Assembly (NCBI GenBank): GCA_951406725.2
Contig: OX597815.1
Span: forward strand, 48,174,001 to 48,238,000
Direction of reading: 5' to 3'
DNA: 64,000 nt
DNA from: Octopus vulgaris
Lineage: Eukaryota
Shown: in pieces, positions 27,066 through 42,073 of the stretch
Position numbering within the stretch: position 1 is the stretch's first letter
Layout of the letters: each line of letters begins with the position of its first letter
Made by a program: the position numbers and the translations under genes
The notes under the pieces: generated by a model
Told to the model about the DNA's origin: nothing
Database searches by the model: none
What the model saw: only the letters and a program-made list of their open reading frames with translations

Positions 27066-27914
27066 GTGTAAGCCATGAATCAGGTTATTAGATTCCTATC
27101 AAGAGACTGATTTTATTTATTGTTTATTATTTTAATTTTTGGCAGGGTTTTGGGGCCAATGAAAAAGAAGAAAATAACCCCCCCCCCCCATACAGAGAAA
27201 TCCCACCTACCAAAAAGAATAAAAAAAAAAGAAACAAAGTAAGATGACACATACAGAAAATATATGTGCCCCCTGTATGTTTTGCTTTCATTCACTTACT
27301 GCTTAATAATGATGATAATAATAATAATAATAAATGCCTTGATGCAGTATTAGGCAGTGGCTTTCATGGCTTCTCATCTTAACTGATTGGAAGTGTTATC
27401 ATGTACATTGTTTTGTCTTGGTATAAAAGATGGGTGACAACAAATATTCAGCTCAATACCACAGATTTGCTTGTCAGTTGTTTGACCTCAACCAATTGAC
27501 CATGTCCCTTAGTGTCTGACAATATGTGCATTTCTGATCACGAGCAGAAGTAGTTGGGGAGCAATATAGCCATGTGTTGAGAGGAATTCTCTGGAGTTTG
27601 GATAATTCACCTCTGGAAACATGGGTGTCTCGTTCAACAGCCTTAAACAACCTTTATTCAGGGACCTTTTGAGCAGGATTGGCTACTCAACCTGAAGAAA
27701 ATTCTAACTGGGCCCCCACCAGCAAGGTCATGTGCATTTTATCCTGATGTGAAATCACCATGTTGCATGGTTGTGATGCATATGCCTGGTGCACCCTTAT
27801 CAGATGGGTAGTCATGATGGTTATACTGGGCTTCGTACATTTTACCTCAGTGTCACTTTGATGGCATGCACTGCTCTCTCACTCAATGATGATGATGATG
27901 ACAACAACAACAAC

Positions 27915-28436
27915 AATAATCCCTTCTACTATAGGCACAAGCCTGGATTTTGTGGGGAAGGGCACAGTCAATCATATCAACCCCAGTACTCAACTGGTAC
28001 TTAATTTATCAACACCAAAAGGATGAAAGGCAAAATAATAATCCTTTCAACTATAGGTACAAGGCCTGAAATTTATGGGGAGAAGGCTAGTTGATCACAC
28101 TGACCCCAGTATTTCACTGGTACTTAATTTATCAACCCCGAAAGGATGAAAAGCAAAGTCAACCTTGGCAGAATTTGAATTCAGAACATAGCAACAAACA
28201 AATTACCACTAAGCATTTTGCCCAGCGTGCTAACGATTCTGCCAGCTCGCTACTTTAATAATAATAAAAATAATAGTAATAGTAATGATGATGATAATAA
28301 CAATAATAATAAAAACACAAAGCCTGAAATTTTGGGTTGTGGGTTACCATCAACTTTAGTGGCATTCAAACAGAATGATGGATGAAATGCTACTCTGCAT
28401 TTTATCTGGCATTTAATAATTCTGTCAGCTTGAGGC

Positions 28437-28487
<51 letters not shown>

Positions 28488-29544
28488 CCGGTCTATTATA
28501 GATACAAGGTCTGCAATTTATAGGAAGGGGGATAGTCAATTACACGTACCCCAGTGCTTGACTGATACTCATATTATTGACCCTAAAAGGATGAAAGGCA
28601 AAGATGACCTCAGTGGAATTTGAACTCAGAATGTGAAAACAAATGAAATGCTGCTAAGCATTCTGCCTGGTACACTAATGATTCTACCAGCTCACAGCCT
28701 TAGTAATGATGATGATGATGACAATGATGATGATAATTCTTTTTGATTTTGGCACAAGGCAGCAATTTTGAGGGAAGAAGTAAGTCATTTACAGTACTTA
28801 GAGTGCTTGGCTGGTACTTATTTTATTGACTCAAGAGAGAGATGAAAAGCAAATCTGACTTCAGCGGCATTTGAACTCAGAATTTTCATGTAGATCTTAC
28901 TCATCAGTGAAACTCACCTTAAGTATGCTTGAGGACAGTACCTCCTAAATATAACCGCATCCAGTGGTGGGTCCCTTGTTTGGGAGTTCCATGGTTTTGA
29001 GGAGTGTGGAATCAACTCTTTAGCCCCTATTGTTCCCAGGTCTACTCTCTCTGACTTGGAATAGAAGCACCTCTAAGGATCCCAGTTAATGGTTAATTAG
29101 CAAGTCCAGCAGGGTGATAAAGCTAGTCAGCAAAGATTAGACACTGCATGTGTGTGCAAGATAGTTTAATTGCCCTACATACATCTTGGACAATTACCTC
29201 TGAAAGTACTTCTGTACCTGTAAAGTTTGTTCCAAACTGGTAGTGATCTCATCAATCATAACACTTATGCCAGGTGCCCAGTTTCAGTCTTTGTTTAACA
29301 GAGGACTGCCATTCTGTCAAAGAGATAAGCTGTGGGAAAATGTGCATGATCAACGGCTTGTCCCTGCTAACTCCAGTGGAACATTTCCAAATGGCACAAC
29401 TTTAAAGCATGTCTGCATATTTTGTCCATAGAATATCATGCCTATTATGCAGAGGATGTTGGCAGCAAATGGACAGCCTGATTAAAGAACATAAGCTTTG
29501 ATGAGGATGATTATGGTGATGATAGCCTATAGCAGAAAGTATTA

Positions 29545-29593
<49 letters not shown>

Positions 29594-30587
29594 GTTGTTG
29601 TTATATCATCTAATTTTGCCATCAATTTTAGGGAGAGGGTTTATTTAATAACATTGACCCCAGGACTTGACCATTACTTTATTTTCTTGACCCCGAAAGG
29701 ATGAAACGCAATATTGACTTTGGTGGCATTTGAACTCAAAATAAAATGAATCACGTGAAATGTTGCAAAACATTTTGTCCAACTCCTTAACGATTCAGCC
29801 AAGGCCAGCAATTTTGAGGGGAGAGAGAGTAGTCAATAGCAATGACCCCAGTACATGACTGGTAGCTTATTATGTCAACCTTTGCAAAATGATGAAATGC
29901 AAGGTTGACTCCAGCAGGATTTCAACTCAGAACAAACACTATAAAACATTTTTCTATGAGTTTTCTAATGACTCTGCCAGCTTGCCACCTTATATATATT
30001 CTTTCATTTTTTCCCTTGTTTGAGTTGTTTGACTGTGTCCATGCTGGAGCACCACCTCTAGTTGAACAAATCGACCCCAGGACTTATTCTTTGTAAGCCT
30101 AGCACTTATTCTATCAGTCTCTTTTGTCAAACCGTTTAGTTGCAGGAACGTAAACACACCCGCATCAGTTGTCAAGCAATGGTGGTGGGGACAAACACAG
30201 ACACACAAACATATACATAAACAGAAATATATATGATGGGCTTCTTTCAATTTCCATCAACCAAATCCACTCACAAGGCTTTGGTCAGCCTGAGGCTATA
30301 GTAGAAGACACTTGCCCATGGTGCCATGCAGTGAGACTGAACCCAAAACCATGTAGTTGGGAAGCAAGCTTATTACTACACAACCATGCCTGCTATATAT
30401 ATATATATATATATATATTACAGATATAGGGTGATATATAATTAATTTAATAAAATCAACAAATTTCACCTAGTAGTATTTCAGTATGGAAAAGGACCAT
30501 ATTCGGTAAAAATTTATATAATTATAATAATAAGGGTTTTTTGCAACAAGTTGCTTGTGGTTTAAGCAACTTGTTGCAAAAAAGCCT

Positions 30588-30626
<39 letters not shown>

Positions 30627-31466
30627 GATTTCTTACAGAGGCACAAGGCTAGAAATTTATGAAGAAAGAACAGTCGATGAAAATCAATCACAATACGTCA
30701 TTGGTACATTATCTTATCAATCTCAAAAGGATAAAAGCAAAGTTAATCACAGTGGGTCTTGAACACAGAATGTAAGAGATTGACAAAATGCTGCAAGGAA
30801 GGGCATTTTGATTAAAGATTTAAACAATTCTGCCAACCCACTTTTAAAAAGCAATAAAGCTTGCTATTTCATAAATATAAACAATTTTGATTTCTTTCTG
30901 AATGTGGTTAAAGTTCCCCCGAAACTATTGAAAACAAATAACAATAATAATAATAATAATGATGATAATGATGATGATGATTTCTTTATTAACCGCAAGG
31001 GTTTACATGAAGAAAAACATTATGGACAGCACAGGACAAAACAAAAAATGTGTATGTGTATGTGTGTGAGTGTGTGTAGTTGTGAGGGTTTTGCTTGTAA
31101 ACAAAACTAATAAAATTAAAAAACAAATCATTTAAAAAAATTATTAATCACTGTTTTACAATTGTTTTAGTATTTAATATATGGCCTCTCACATTTTTTG
31201 TGGGGTTTTTTTTCCTTCCTTTTTTTTGTTTTATTATGATACTTTCCCCACTCCAAAATTGTTAGCAGGGCAGTGTGTGAGATTTATTTATCTGGGGAGG
31301 CATTTCTGCTGACAGTGTATATCGAAGAAGTGAGACGGTGTGTATGTGTGTGCATGCATATGTATGAGATTAGGCGGGGGGGGGGTATTCCACTACCCAT
31401 CCACCTCCCTTCCTTAGCCTTCTCAGCTGTTTATATTCTTCCTATGATTTAAGCCCTCAACATCAG

Positions 31467-31497
<31 letters not shown>

Positions 31498-33233
31498 TAT
31501 ATATATATATGTTATATATATATATATATACACACATATATATATATATATTATATATATATATACACACATATATATATATATATTATATATATATATA
31601 CACACATATATATATATATACCCACCCACTCCAAATCATCATATACTCATATACATATATGTAAAAATTATATGTATGGGCATTTCTGTGAGGGACACTT
31701 TATATGTATGTATATTTATGTGTGAGTGGTACATACATAAACATTAATACACACACATGTGTTTACACACAAACACACACACATATGTACATGTGCCAAT
31801 AGTTACATGTAACTGAGGTGTTCCATCAAAGTGTGTGTAAATGAAAACACACACACACACACATAGTATTTTTACATGTATGTTGTAAAGCATATATCTA
31901 CATACATTTATATACACACATAAAGCATTTGTATATGTATGTTAAGTGTAAACATATATACATATGTCATCATCATCATCATCATCATCATTTAATGTCC
32001 ATATATATATATATATATATACATATACATACACATATGCATATTACACATTTACCATCACACATCTCATATGATATATAACCGAGTAAAAGGAGTGTGC
32101 TGTCACATATAAGTATAAAATAACATGCAGGTTATTTTTGTAAAAAAAACAAAATAACTAAATCGTTAATGTTTTTACAAGAGCAAGAAATCATGTGTAA
32201 AATCAGAATATATGCATGCAAGGAAGGTCTATATAAATAAAATTTCAGAATTCAATCTGTATTCAGATTTTAGAGAAGTTTGTCCAGGAGAGTACAGCCA
32301 TGGATATTTATCATGATCATCATCGTGATAAATATGACACAGATATTTATCATCATCATCATCATTTAATGGGTTTTTTTTTTCATACTTGCAGGGGTCA
32401 GGTAGAATTTACTGAGGTAGATATTCTACAGCCCGATGCTCTTCCTGTCACCTCTTTCCAAGCAAGGTAATATTTCCAAAAGACCAAACGTGTTTTTTAC
32501 AGAAGACAGGCAAAGAATGATATCGCATATATGGCAATGATGCTCATTTACAACCGTCATGTGATATCTAGACAGGGATGCACAAAAACATACACGGATG
32601 TTAATAAACCAACACCAGTTGTCAAACAGTGGGCTGTGGAACAAATAGAAACACAAAGATATACACGCATATGCATATATATTCTATCACTCAAATTCAC
32701 TCACAAAGCTTTGGTGGAGGCACATGGACTAGTGGTTGTAATAATAATAATAATAATCCTTTCTACTATAGGCACAAGGCCTGAAATTTTGGGGGAAGGA
32801 ACTAGTCGACTACTTCGACACCAATGCGTGACTGGTACTTAATTTATCGACCCCAGTGTTCAACTGGTACTTAATTTATCAACCACGAAAGGGTGAAAGG
32901 CAAAGTTGACCTCAGTGGGATTTGAACGCAGAATGTAAGGACAAATGAAGTGCCTCTAAGCATTTTTCCCAGTGTGCTAATGATTCTGCCAGCTCATCGC
33001 CTAAATAATAATAATAATCCTTTCTACTGGAGGCATAAGGCCTCAAATTTGGTGGAAGGGGACTAGTTGATTACATTGACCCCAGTGTTTCACTGGTACT
33101 TAATTTATCAACCCCGAAAAGATGAAAAAGCAACATCAACTGCAATGGAATTTGAACTTAGGATGTAAGGACAGACAAAATGCTGCTAAGCATCTTGCCC
33201 GACATGCTAACGAACCTGCCAGGTTGCCACCTA

Positions 33234-33235
<2 letters not shown>
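27915..33235 (-). mobile_element. Cluster of Nin-core SINE copies, all minus-oriented, separated by (AAT)n/(GAT)n tracts
   Basis: ataggcacaaggcctgaaatttt...actggtacttaatttatc...ggatgaaaggcaaagt...tttgaactcagaa recurs at about 27920, 28040, 28490, 28740, 29610, 29810, 30630, 32755 and 33015. Confidence 0.8.
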
Positions 33236-33306
<71 letters not shown>

Positions 33307-34239
33307 TCCTCATCACTCCCATTAAGGTAACAGGAAAAGCAGAATCAGTTGATCACTAGAGAAAGTGTTTCGCAGTAATTACTTGCATCCCATTTCATCC
33401 TACCAGTGTTGACATTGCTAGGGGGTTTGTCTCCTAGGGACTGATAAAATAAGCAACATTCGAATACTGGAGCTGATTAAATAATACACATTTAGAAAAT
33501 CCTGATTATGATTGCTATTATTACCATGGTGAGACACCATAATTGGCAGAACACCGACTAAGTGTCCCACAGTATTTAGTTTCGTCCCTCTATACTTACA
33601 GATAGATCTCAATGGGGAGGGGGGCTTGTTTTTGCTATTTATCTCCTCAGAGTGTCAACAAAAGAAGTTCCCCTCATTGTTGTGTTTAGCCCCAGATCAG
33701 TTCTAATCAAGCAGAGACACCGCTGCTGTTGCCACCACCACTACCACCACCACTGTTACCAAAGGCATTCAAGCTTTGACTATCCTGACTGATTTTCAGA
33801 AATATTTTTACTTTATCTAATGTGATTTTGTTTTAGATGATAGTGAGAGGTTTGAGTGTTTGACGGCAATTTCTAACATATATGTATGTGCGTGTGTATA
33901 CACACACACACACACACACACATGTATATATATGATGGACTCTACTGTTGCTGGATGATGTATGAGGGTTCGACAATTTCTTACTGAATAACCAGACAAA
34001 TGATTTGTTTATAGTGATCAAATTTTTGCACAGACATCTGCTCACTCCCTCCATCAGATTGACATTACCTGTACAGGTGCAATGGGTGCCACATGTCAGA
34101 TGTTGAAATGATCACAGAGCAATGTGAAATAAAGTGCTTTGCTCAAGAACCCAATGCAATGCCCGGTCTGGGAATTGAACCAATGATCTCACAGTCAAGA
34201 GTGCAGCACTTTAACCACTAAGCCATGCGCCTTCACTAT

Positions 34240-34306
<67 letters not shown>

Positions 34307-36300
34307 AAGAGGGACAGAGGAGTAAATGTAAGGATAAGCAAGTTAGGCAAGTTGATATACAAAAATTATTAAATACAACAAAAGTACATATGTTTACATA
34401 GAAATGCTATCAGGAATTAAAGGGATTGAATAAGTGTTTTACGAGTCCAATAGCTGTTTCTGGGGACTTGGTGGTCCAAAATAATGATTGCAAATTGATT
34501 CCACCATCAGATAATACCAGCCTCCATCTTCAGGCAAGTATGTTACATTTGAGGTGTTGACAGAAAGGAGATTACAGATTCTATCAAGCTGAGCAAAATC
34601 GCAATTGTGGCAGATACCGGTGTCACGCAAATTGGCATGTAAATGCACTCCAGTGTCATGCAAATGGCACCCGTGCTGGTGGCAGGTAAAAGCACCCATT
34701 AGACTCTCAGAGTGGAGTCTGGTGCAACCTTCTGGCATGCCAGCCCAATCAATCTATCCAATCCATGCCAGCAAGGACAATGGACATTAAGTGATGATGA
34801 TAATGATGATATATATATATATATATCTTCTACATCAGAATTGATACTGGTTCTGGCACCACATAAAACGCACTCTGTACACTCTGTGGAGGGGTTGGTA
34901 TTAAGAAGGGCATCCAGCCATATAAACCATTCAACTAAAAATTCTTCAAGGCAGTGCCCCAGTATAGCCACAATCTAATGACTGAAACAAGTAAAAAGAT
35001 AAAATAGAAGACAGTATAAAGTGATTTGTAAGAGCGTCTTGCCACTATTTCCAGCAGACTGAGTGTCCATACAGGGACTCCTTTGTCAGTTTCTAATTAT
35101 TACTATTGTTATTGCTGTTGTTGCAGAAAATTCTGCTACACTATATTTACAACATCCTCATAAATGCTGTCTACAACCAGCTAACCTGAACCAATTTCTA
35201 AGACAAAAACAAAAAAAAAAACTTATTAAGCTAATCAGATTACCAGTTAGGTGCTAATTTGTCAAGTTAATTCAAACAGTATTTCATTGTGTTGTCCCAT
35301 TCAAAGACTTCAGCAGAAAAAGAATAGCAAACACAAGGAACTTTTTCCTTATGCATCATAGCAAGAGAATTAACACGTTCCAAGGTTTTAACAGGTTTTG
35401 TCATTTGCTTCATTTTTTTCTTATTTTTGTTTGTGTTTGCCTTCCAGTATATCTTGTTTAAACATCATCATCATCGTTATCATTATCATTGTTATTATGA
35501 CAACTGCTATTACTTTTATCATTACTGTTATTATTATTATTATTACTACATTTTTTGCAGTTTAGATCTCAATCCTGCCACAAGCAGCAGCTAGGTTTAT
35601 ATAACAATGACTAAGAGAAAAACAGCAAGAAATGACGATGACGATGATGACGGCGATGATGATGATGACAATGATGATGGTGGTGCTGGTGATGATGATT
35701 ATTCTCCAGACAGTACACACTGTAGCAAATGTCTTTTTAAGCTTTTATATTTCTATTATGTTCCTTTCCATTCATCTGCACCCTGCCCCCCTCTCACCCC
35801 CACCCCATTTCCCCCTCCCCTCCCCCTTAACCACTCTGCTAATATGAAGACAAAATGGTAAGCTGTTTATTTTTAATGTCCGTAGTCCGAGACAGAATGT
35901 CTTTGGTAAGAGTTAGATTACACAGATATTCCTGATGTTCTGACAGACTTTAGATCTAAGTCACATAATCTCTACAGCATCGTCAAGGAAGCTGTTTTAA
36001 CTGTTGACCAAGGAATCAGTACAAATAGCTTGTACAATCAAAAGAATAAGGAGGGGAAAAAAATACCAAAAAAAAAAAAAAGGAAAAAGAATAAAAAATG
36101 TGTGATCAAAAATGATAACAGTAACGATGATGATCATGATGGTGATGATGGCGATAATAACAAAAATAATCACTATGATAACAAAGATGATAACAAGAAT
36201 AACAATAATAAAGTGCTACTAATAAATATAATAAAAATCATAATAAATTAATAATAATAATAATAACGATGATGATAGTAATGATAAAAACTATTAATAA

Positions 36301-36365
<65 letters not shown>

Positions 36366-36517
36366 TAGGTGACAATAATGCAAGAAAAATGTAAAACTCA
36401 AACTTAACAGTAAAAGATGAGACAGTTGATATTTACTTCATGAGCAACATAAACAGAAACATTTTTTTATATTTATTTTCCTTACCATTTTCCTGTCCAA
36501 TTTTGCTTCCATATTTT

Positions 36518-36576
<59 letters not shown>

Positions 36577-37383
36577 ACAATTTTTTTATCTTCCTTCCTT
36601 CTTTCTCCTTTCTGTGTGTGTCGAGAACACACAATGAATGAAGAACTTATGAATATTTAAGAGGGATTTGAAGCGAAGAAATGTTTTCAATGTGATAACT
36701 ATTAAAAACGGACTGCTTTCCGGTTATCGAACAGCTTCCAGGCCGAGTGATACTCAAAGACTTTTTTTCCCCACCGCCCGCGTATATATTTTCCTTATAA
36801 TATTTTCTTGAGACAACAAGGACATTCTCATCGAATACACAGGATGGATCAAAAGCATCTACAATTCTAGTCAAAGAGTCACGGACTAGGTATTTTCTTC
36901 ACTATTGTTCTTAAACAAGAACAATCTACTCAAAACAAACAAAGAGAAAATAATAATAACAACAACAACTAAATGCCAGCAAACTCCAACTGTTGCAATT
37001 TACACTAGAATATACTCTGTAGAAACAGAAGATCCTAATCATATTTCAGGAAAAATGATGTTCTTTACTCTAAGACATCCAGACACTAAGTTAAAAAGCA
37101 ATACAAGCATATATAAGAAACATAGCTTCTGTTTGATTTGTGTTGTCTTTTCCCATGATATAATTGTTTGTTTTATCCGCAAACAGTGGATTAGTGTATT
37201 TTGTTGTTGTCCAGCTGTTTGGATTGATACTATTATCTGTCAATATAATATATTACGAGTTTGCATGCAAGCCAGTTTCAATTCTTGGTCATAGATACAA
37301 CACTTCACCAAAGCTGCTTCAGAAAGTTAGACTGTCACACAATTTTATATTATCCCTTCATCTGTAATCTGATAAATCTGGTA

Positions 37384-37429
<46 letters not shown>

Positions 37430-37632
37430 CACACGTGTGTGTGTATGCATAAATATAACATACACACATATATGTACATGCACACATATACATGCATATA
37501 TATATATATATATATATATACATACATGTATATATACATATATACATACATACATATATATATATACACACACATGTATACAAACAGATACATTTATACA
37601 CACAGACAAACACAAACATATATTTATATTTA

Positions 37633-37679
<47 letters not shown>

Positions 37680-37878
37680 ATACATATATATATGTGTGTG
37701 TGTGTGTATATAGATAGATAGATATTTAGATTGATAGATATGCATATATACATATATATGAATAAATACTCATATTTGCATACATATATGTATATGCATA
37801 TATACATACATATATGTACATACCGATATATAACAATAATACAAAATGGGACAACACAAAACATCCGGACAGCTAGGT

Positions 37879-38584
37879 GATACAAAAAGGGACAACAAAA
37901 CATCCAGATAGACGATACAAAGAAAACAAGGAAGGGTCATTTGAAGTTTTCTTTCCTCAGTCAAATACCAGACTATCCTCGCAATTTCAGCTGATTACTC
38001 TTGAGATTGCTCCAATCTGGCCAGCCCCAAGGAGAAACTAAGCTAAGAGCATTAGATTCCTTGGAAGAAAGCAGTGAATGTATACAAAAACAAGGACGTA
38101 AAAAACAGACACTGTTACACAAATATAAATACAATAAAAATAATAACAGGACATAACAACAGGTGTCTTTCAACTAAGGATGAATTGAATTAAGCTGGCG
38201 CATGTGGAAAAGAAGCCTTACGGCAGAGATACAAAAAGAGACAACAAAACATCCAGATAGACAATACAAAGAAAACAAGGACGGGTCATTCAAAGTTTTC
38301 TTTCCTCAGTCAAATACCAGAGTATCCTCGCAATTTCAGCTGATTATTCTTGAGATTGCTCCAATCTGGCCAGCCCCAAGGAGAAACTAAGCTAAGAGCA
38401 TTAGATTCCTTGGAAGAAAGCAGCAAATGTATACAAAAACAAGGTTGTAAAAAACAGACACTGTTACACAAATATAAAAACAATAAAAATAATAACAGGA
38501 CATAACAACAGGTGTCTTTCGACTAAGGATGAATTGAATTAAGCTGGCGCATGTGGAAAAGAAGCCTTACGGCAGAGATACAAA
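37879..38584. repeat. Two near-identical 349-bp tandem units (possible Penelope-like pseudo-LTRs)
   Basis: gatacaaaaag.gacaacaaaacatccagatagac starts at 37879 and 38228, and a third gatacaaa starts at 38577. The duplication is certain; the PLE identity is inference. Confidence 0.85.
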
Positions 38585-39176
38585 CATTTCAAAAACACAG
38601 GGAAGAATATCGATGTTGCTTGGTCAACGGTCGGACCAAGAAAGAAAGAACAGGCTAAGCTGAGGCAGTCATGTGGGAAGAGAAGAGAGAGAAGTAGAAG
38701 CAGAAGGACAGAAGAATTAAAGAGCGGAGAGAAAAAATGACAGGGACACAGGGAAGTGGAAAGTGGAGGGAAAGTGAGTAAGAAGAGAAGGCAAAGAAAA
38801 GTTAGAGAGAGGGAACGAAAGAACGAAAAGTGGAATGAACGAATACGTGTGAAAAGGCTGATAGACAGGAATAAGAGTCGTACAAGATTTAGAAAAATGT
38901 GTACTTACATATACATGCATACATATATATATATATATATGTATTATATACATTCATACATATATACATGACACATATATAAAATACACATGCACACATA
39001 TATAGGTGTAGAAATTGCGATGATATTTGGTAGACAGCTGATGAAGGACTGATCATGTCAACATCCATTGTATGTTTTTTTTTTCTCCTTTTCAGTATGT
39101 ACCTCTGTTGTACCTTTTGTCACATTTTTATTATATATATTACATATTATATAGACAAATATAATATACATTATAT

Positions 39177-39215
<39 letters not shown>

Positions 39216-40252
39216 CTATATTTATACATATAAGTGGGAATATGTGCATAATAGATTAATGTTACAGAAATATTTGATTATATAATCCAGATTTGTTGAC
39301 TGCACTCCTTAGGTGCAAATATGACTACATGCTTGAGAAGTTCATTTCACAACTACAAGGTTCTGGGACTGATCCCACTGTGCAGCAACTTAGGTATGTG
39401 TCTTCGAGTATAACTGCAGACTGGCCAAAGCCTCAAGGTAAAGCTGTGTAAAAAGCCTGTCTGAGGAACTATTCCAGTTCTTGGATGATAGCCTTAATTT
39501 GGTACCAAGTTTAACACCACCACTTGATTCTTGAGTACCTTTTATTAGGGTGATACCACTTTGGGAGTCTGCATATATTGCATTCAGAACCAATCTACCA
39601 CAAAGCAGTCCACATGAAAAACTACATAAAATGTGACCAACAGACAAACTCAGCCCATATTAGCACTGAAGGAAATAAAAATTAATCATTTAGTGTATGA
39701 TGGTTCTCTTTGCTAATGGTATGGTTTGCATGAACTAAAAAATCTTAGCTTACTATATCAAATACACAAGCAACTTGCTTGATTCATTGTTTGACTGATT
39801 GATTCATAGATAGACAGATAGACAGACAGAAAGATAAATAGATAGATAGACAGACCAACTGATAGATAAGTTAATCAGAGAATAATGTAAGCAACCAAAA
39901 GCTGACAGATTTATATATACTACAGTTCAATGGACGCACCTAACACTGAAAAATAGATAATGTTTCATTATACTTTCCAGCTAATAAAATACTTGAACAA
40001 TGTTTTGTTTTATTTAAGTATAGTATTACCAAATAAATAAACAAGAAGTTGAAAATAAAAATGTTTATAACGCAATCAAGGTAATACATGCATTACAATT
40101 ATATAACCAATAAACTCACAGCTGTTAATTCTCAAACCTGTCACACTTTAGATTGAACTCACCACTTTCCTGTTTAAGAAATTTAATTAACTCCATGTAA
40201 GAGTGTAAAAGATACTAAAGTAGCAAGGTGCTAATCTTGACATTTATTACTT

Positions 40253-40286
<34 letters not shown>

Positions 40287-40492
40287 TACACAAGTGAAAG
40301 CATGGCTGTGTGGTAAGAAGTTTGCTTCTCAATCCCATGGTTTCAGGTTCAGTCCAAATAAATGACAACATGGGCAAACGTCTTCTTATATAGCCCAAGG
40401 CTGACTGAAGTCTTGTGAGCAGATTTAGTAAATGCATACTGAAAAACTCATCATGTGTAAATCTATCTATCTACATACACACATACGCATGC

Positions 40493-40523
<31 letters not shown>

Positions 40524-42073
40524 CATATATACATATATATACACACATGTGCACACACACAGACAGATGCACATATGTGTGTGTGTGTGTGTGTGTGTGT
40601 TTGTCCCCGACCCAACCACCACTGTATGATAACAGGTGTTTGTTTGTTTATATCAGCATAACTTGGCAGTTCAGCAAAAGATATCGATAAAGTACCAGGC
40701 TTTAAAACAAATAAGTATTGAGGTTGATTTGTTCAACTGAAAACTTTGAGGAAATGCCCCAGCATGACTGTAGTCCCAAAAGTAATAGATAGATATAGAA
40801 AACATAATAAAAGATATACACATATATGAACTTACATATAAAAAAACACAAACACATATAAACACACTCATGCACTGTTTATTTGAGGGCTTACGTTATT
40901 TAGGTTCATGTTAGAGCTAATGGTGGTTCACTGAAATGCTCAAAGAGCTCACCCCAAAGAAGAGAAGCAACTGAGGGTCAGGATGAAGAGATTGAAGACA
41001 ATCTCAAGGATTAGTTTTTTGGGGAAATGTATAGTACACTTGCGTATATGGGTGTACATATATATTTATAGGTATATTTTATATATGTGTGAATGGTGAT
41101 GTAATATCAATTATATAACTAAAAAGGTAGTGAAACAGCTGTAAACTAATGGTATAAACATCTATTCTCTCACCTCACTTCTTTTATCTGCCATATATCA
41201 TCATCATTATCATCCTCATTATTTAATGTCCATTTTCCCTGCTAGCATGGGTTGGACAGTTTGACAGGAGCTGGCCAGGCTCCATATCTGTTTTGGCATG
41301 GTTTTTATGGCTGGATATCCTTCCTAATGCCAACCACTTTACAGAGTGTACTGGGTGTTTTTACACATATTCTTCTTTACCTTAATTCTTTTACATGTTT
41401 CAGTCGTTGGACTGTGGCCACACTTGGAAGCCAACTTGAAGGGTTAATTTGAAAAAACCAAACCCTGCATTTATTTCAAAGAACTAGTACTTATCCTATC
41501 TGTATTTTTGCAAAACTGTTAAGTTATGGGGATGTAAACAGACCAACACTGGTTGTCAAGCAGTGGTGGAGAACAAACACACACACACACAAATATATAT
41601 ATATATAGGCATGTCCTCTACATCCTTCTCTCAGTTGAGAGATCCTAGTCTTGTGGGCTTATGGATGCTGATGCCACATAAAAGCACCTATCCCGCTGGC
41701 TTGTAAAAGCACCTGTGCTGGTACCACATAAAAGCACCCATGTCAGTGCCATGTAAAAGCATCCAGTATACCCTGCAAGTGGCTGGCATCCAACTGTAGA
41801 AACCATGCCAAAACAGACAAATGGAGCCTGGATAGCGCTCCAGTTGGCCAACTCCTGTCAAACTGTCCAACCCATGCTACCATGGAGAATGGACATTAAA
41901 AGATGATGATGATATATAAATACACAAGAAAATTTACTATAATAGATATAAGTTTTGAAGTATTTGTATAATTGTATGCATTTAGACTAAGAAAATTAAC
42001 AGCAAGAAAGGAAAATACTAGAAAAGCAAAGGTACCTAATATGGTTCATTTAGGATGAAAACAAGTATAATAC

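Noticed and set aside
31261-31313. Hairpin gttagcag...ctgctgac with a miR-34-like ggcagtgt
   Set aside because: Only 8-10 contiguous pairs with a large internal loop, and the rest does not match miR-34.
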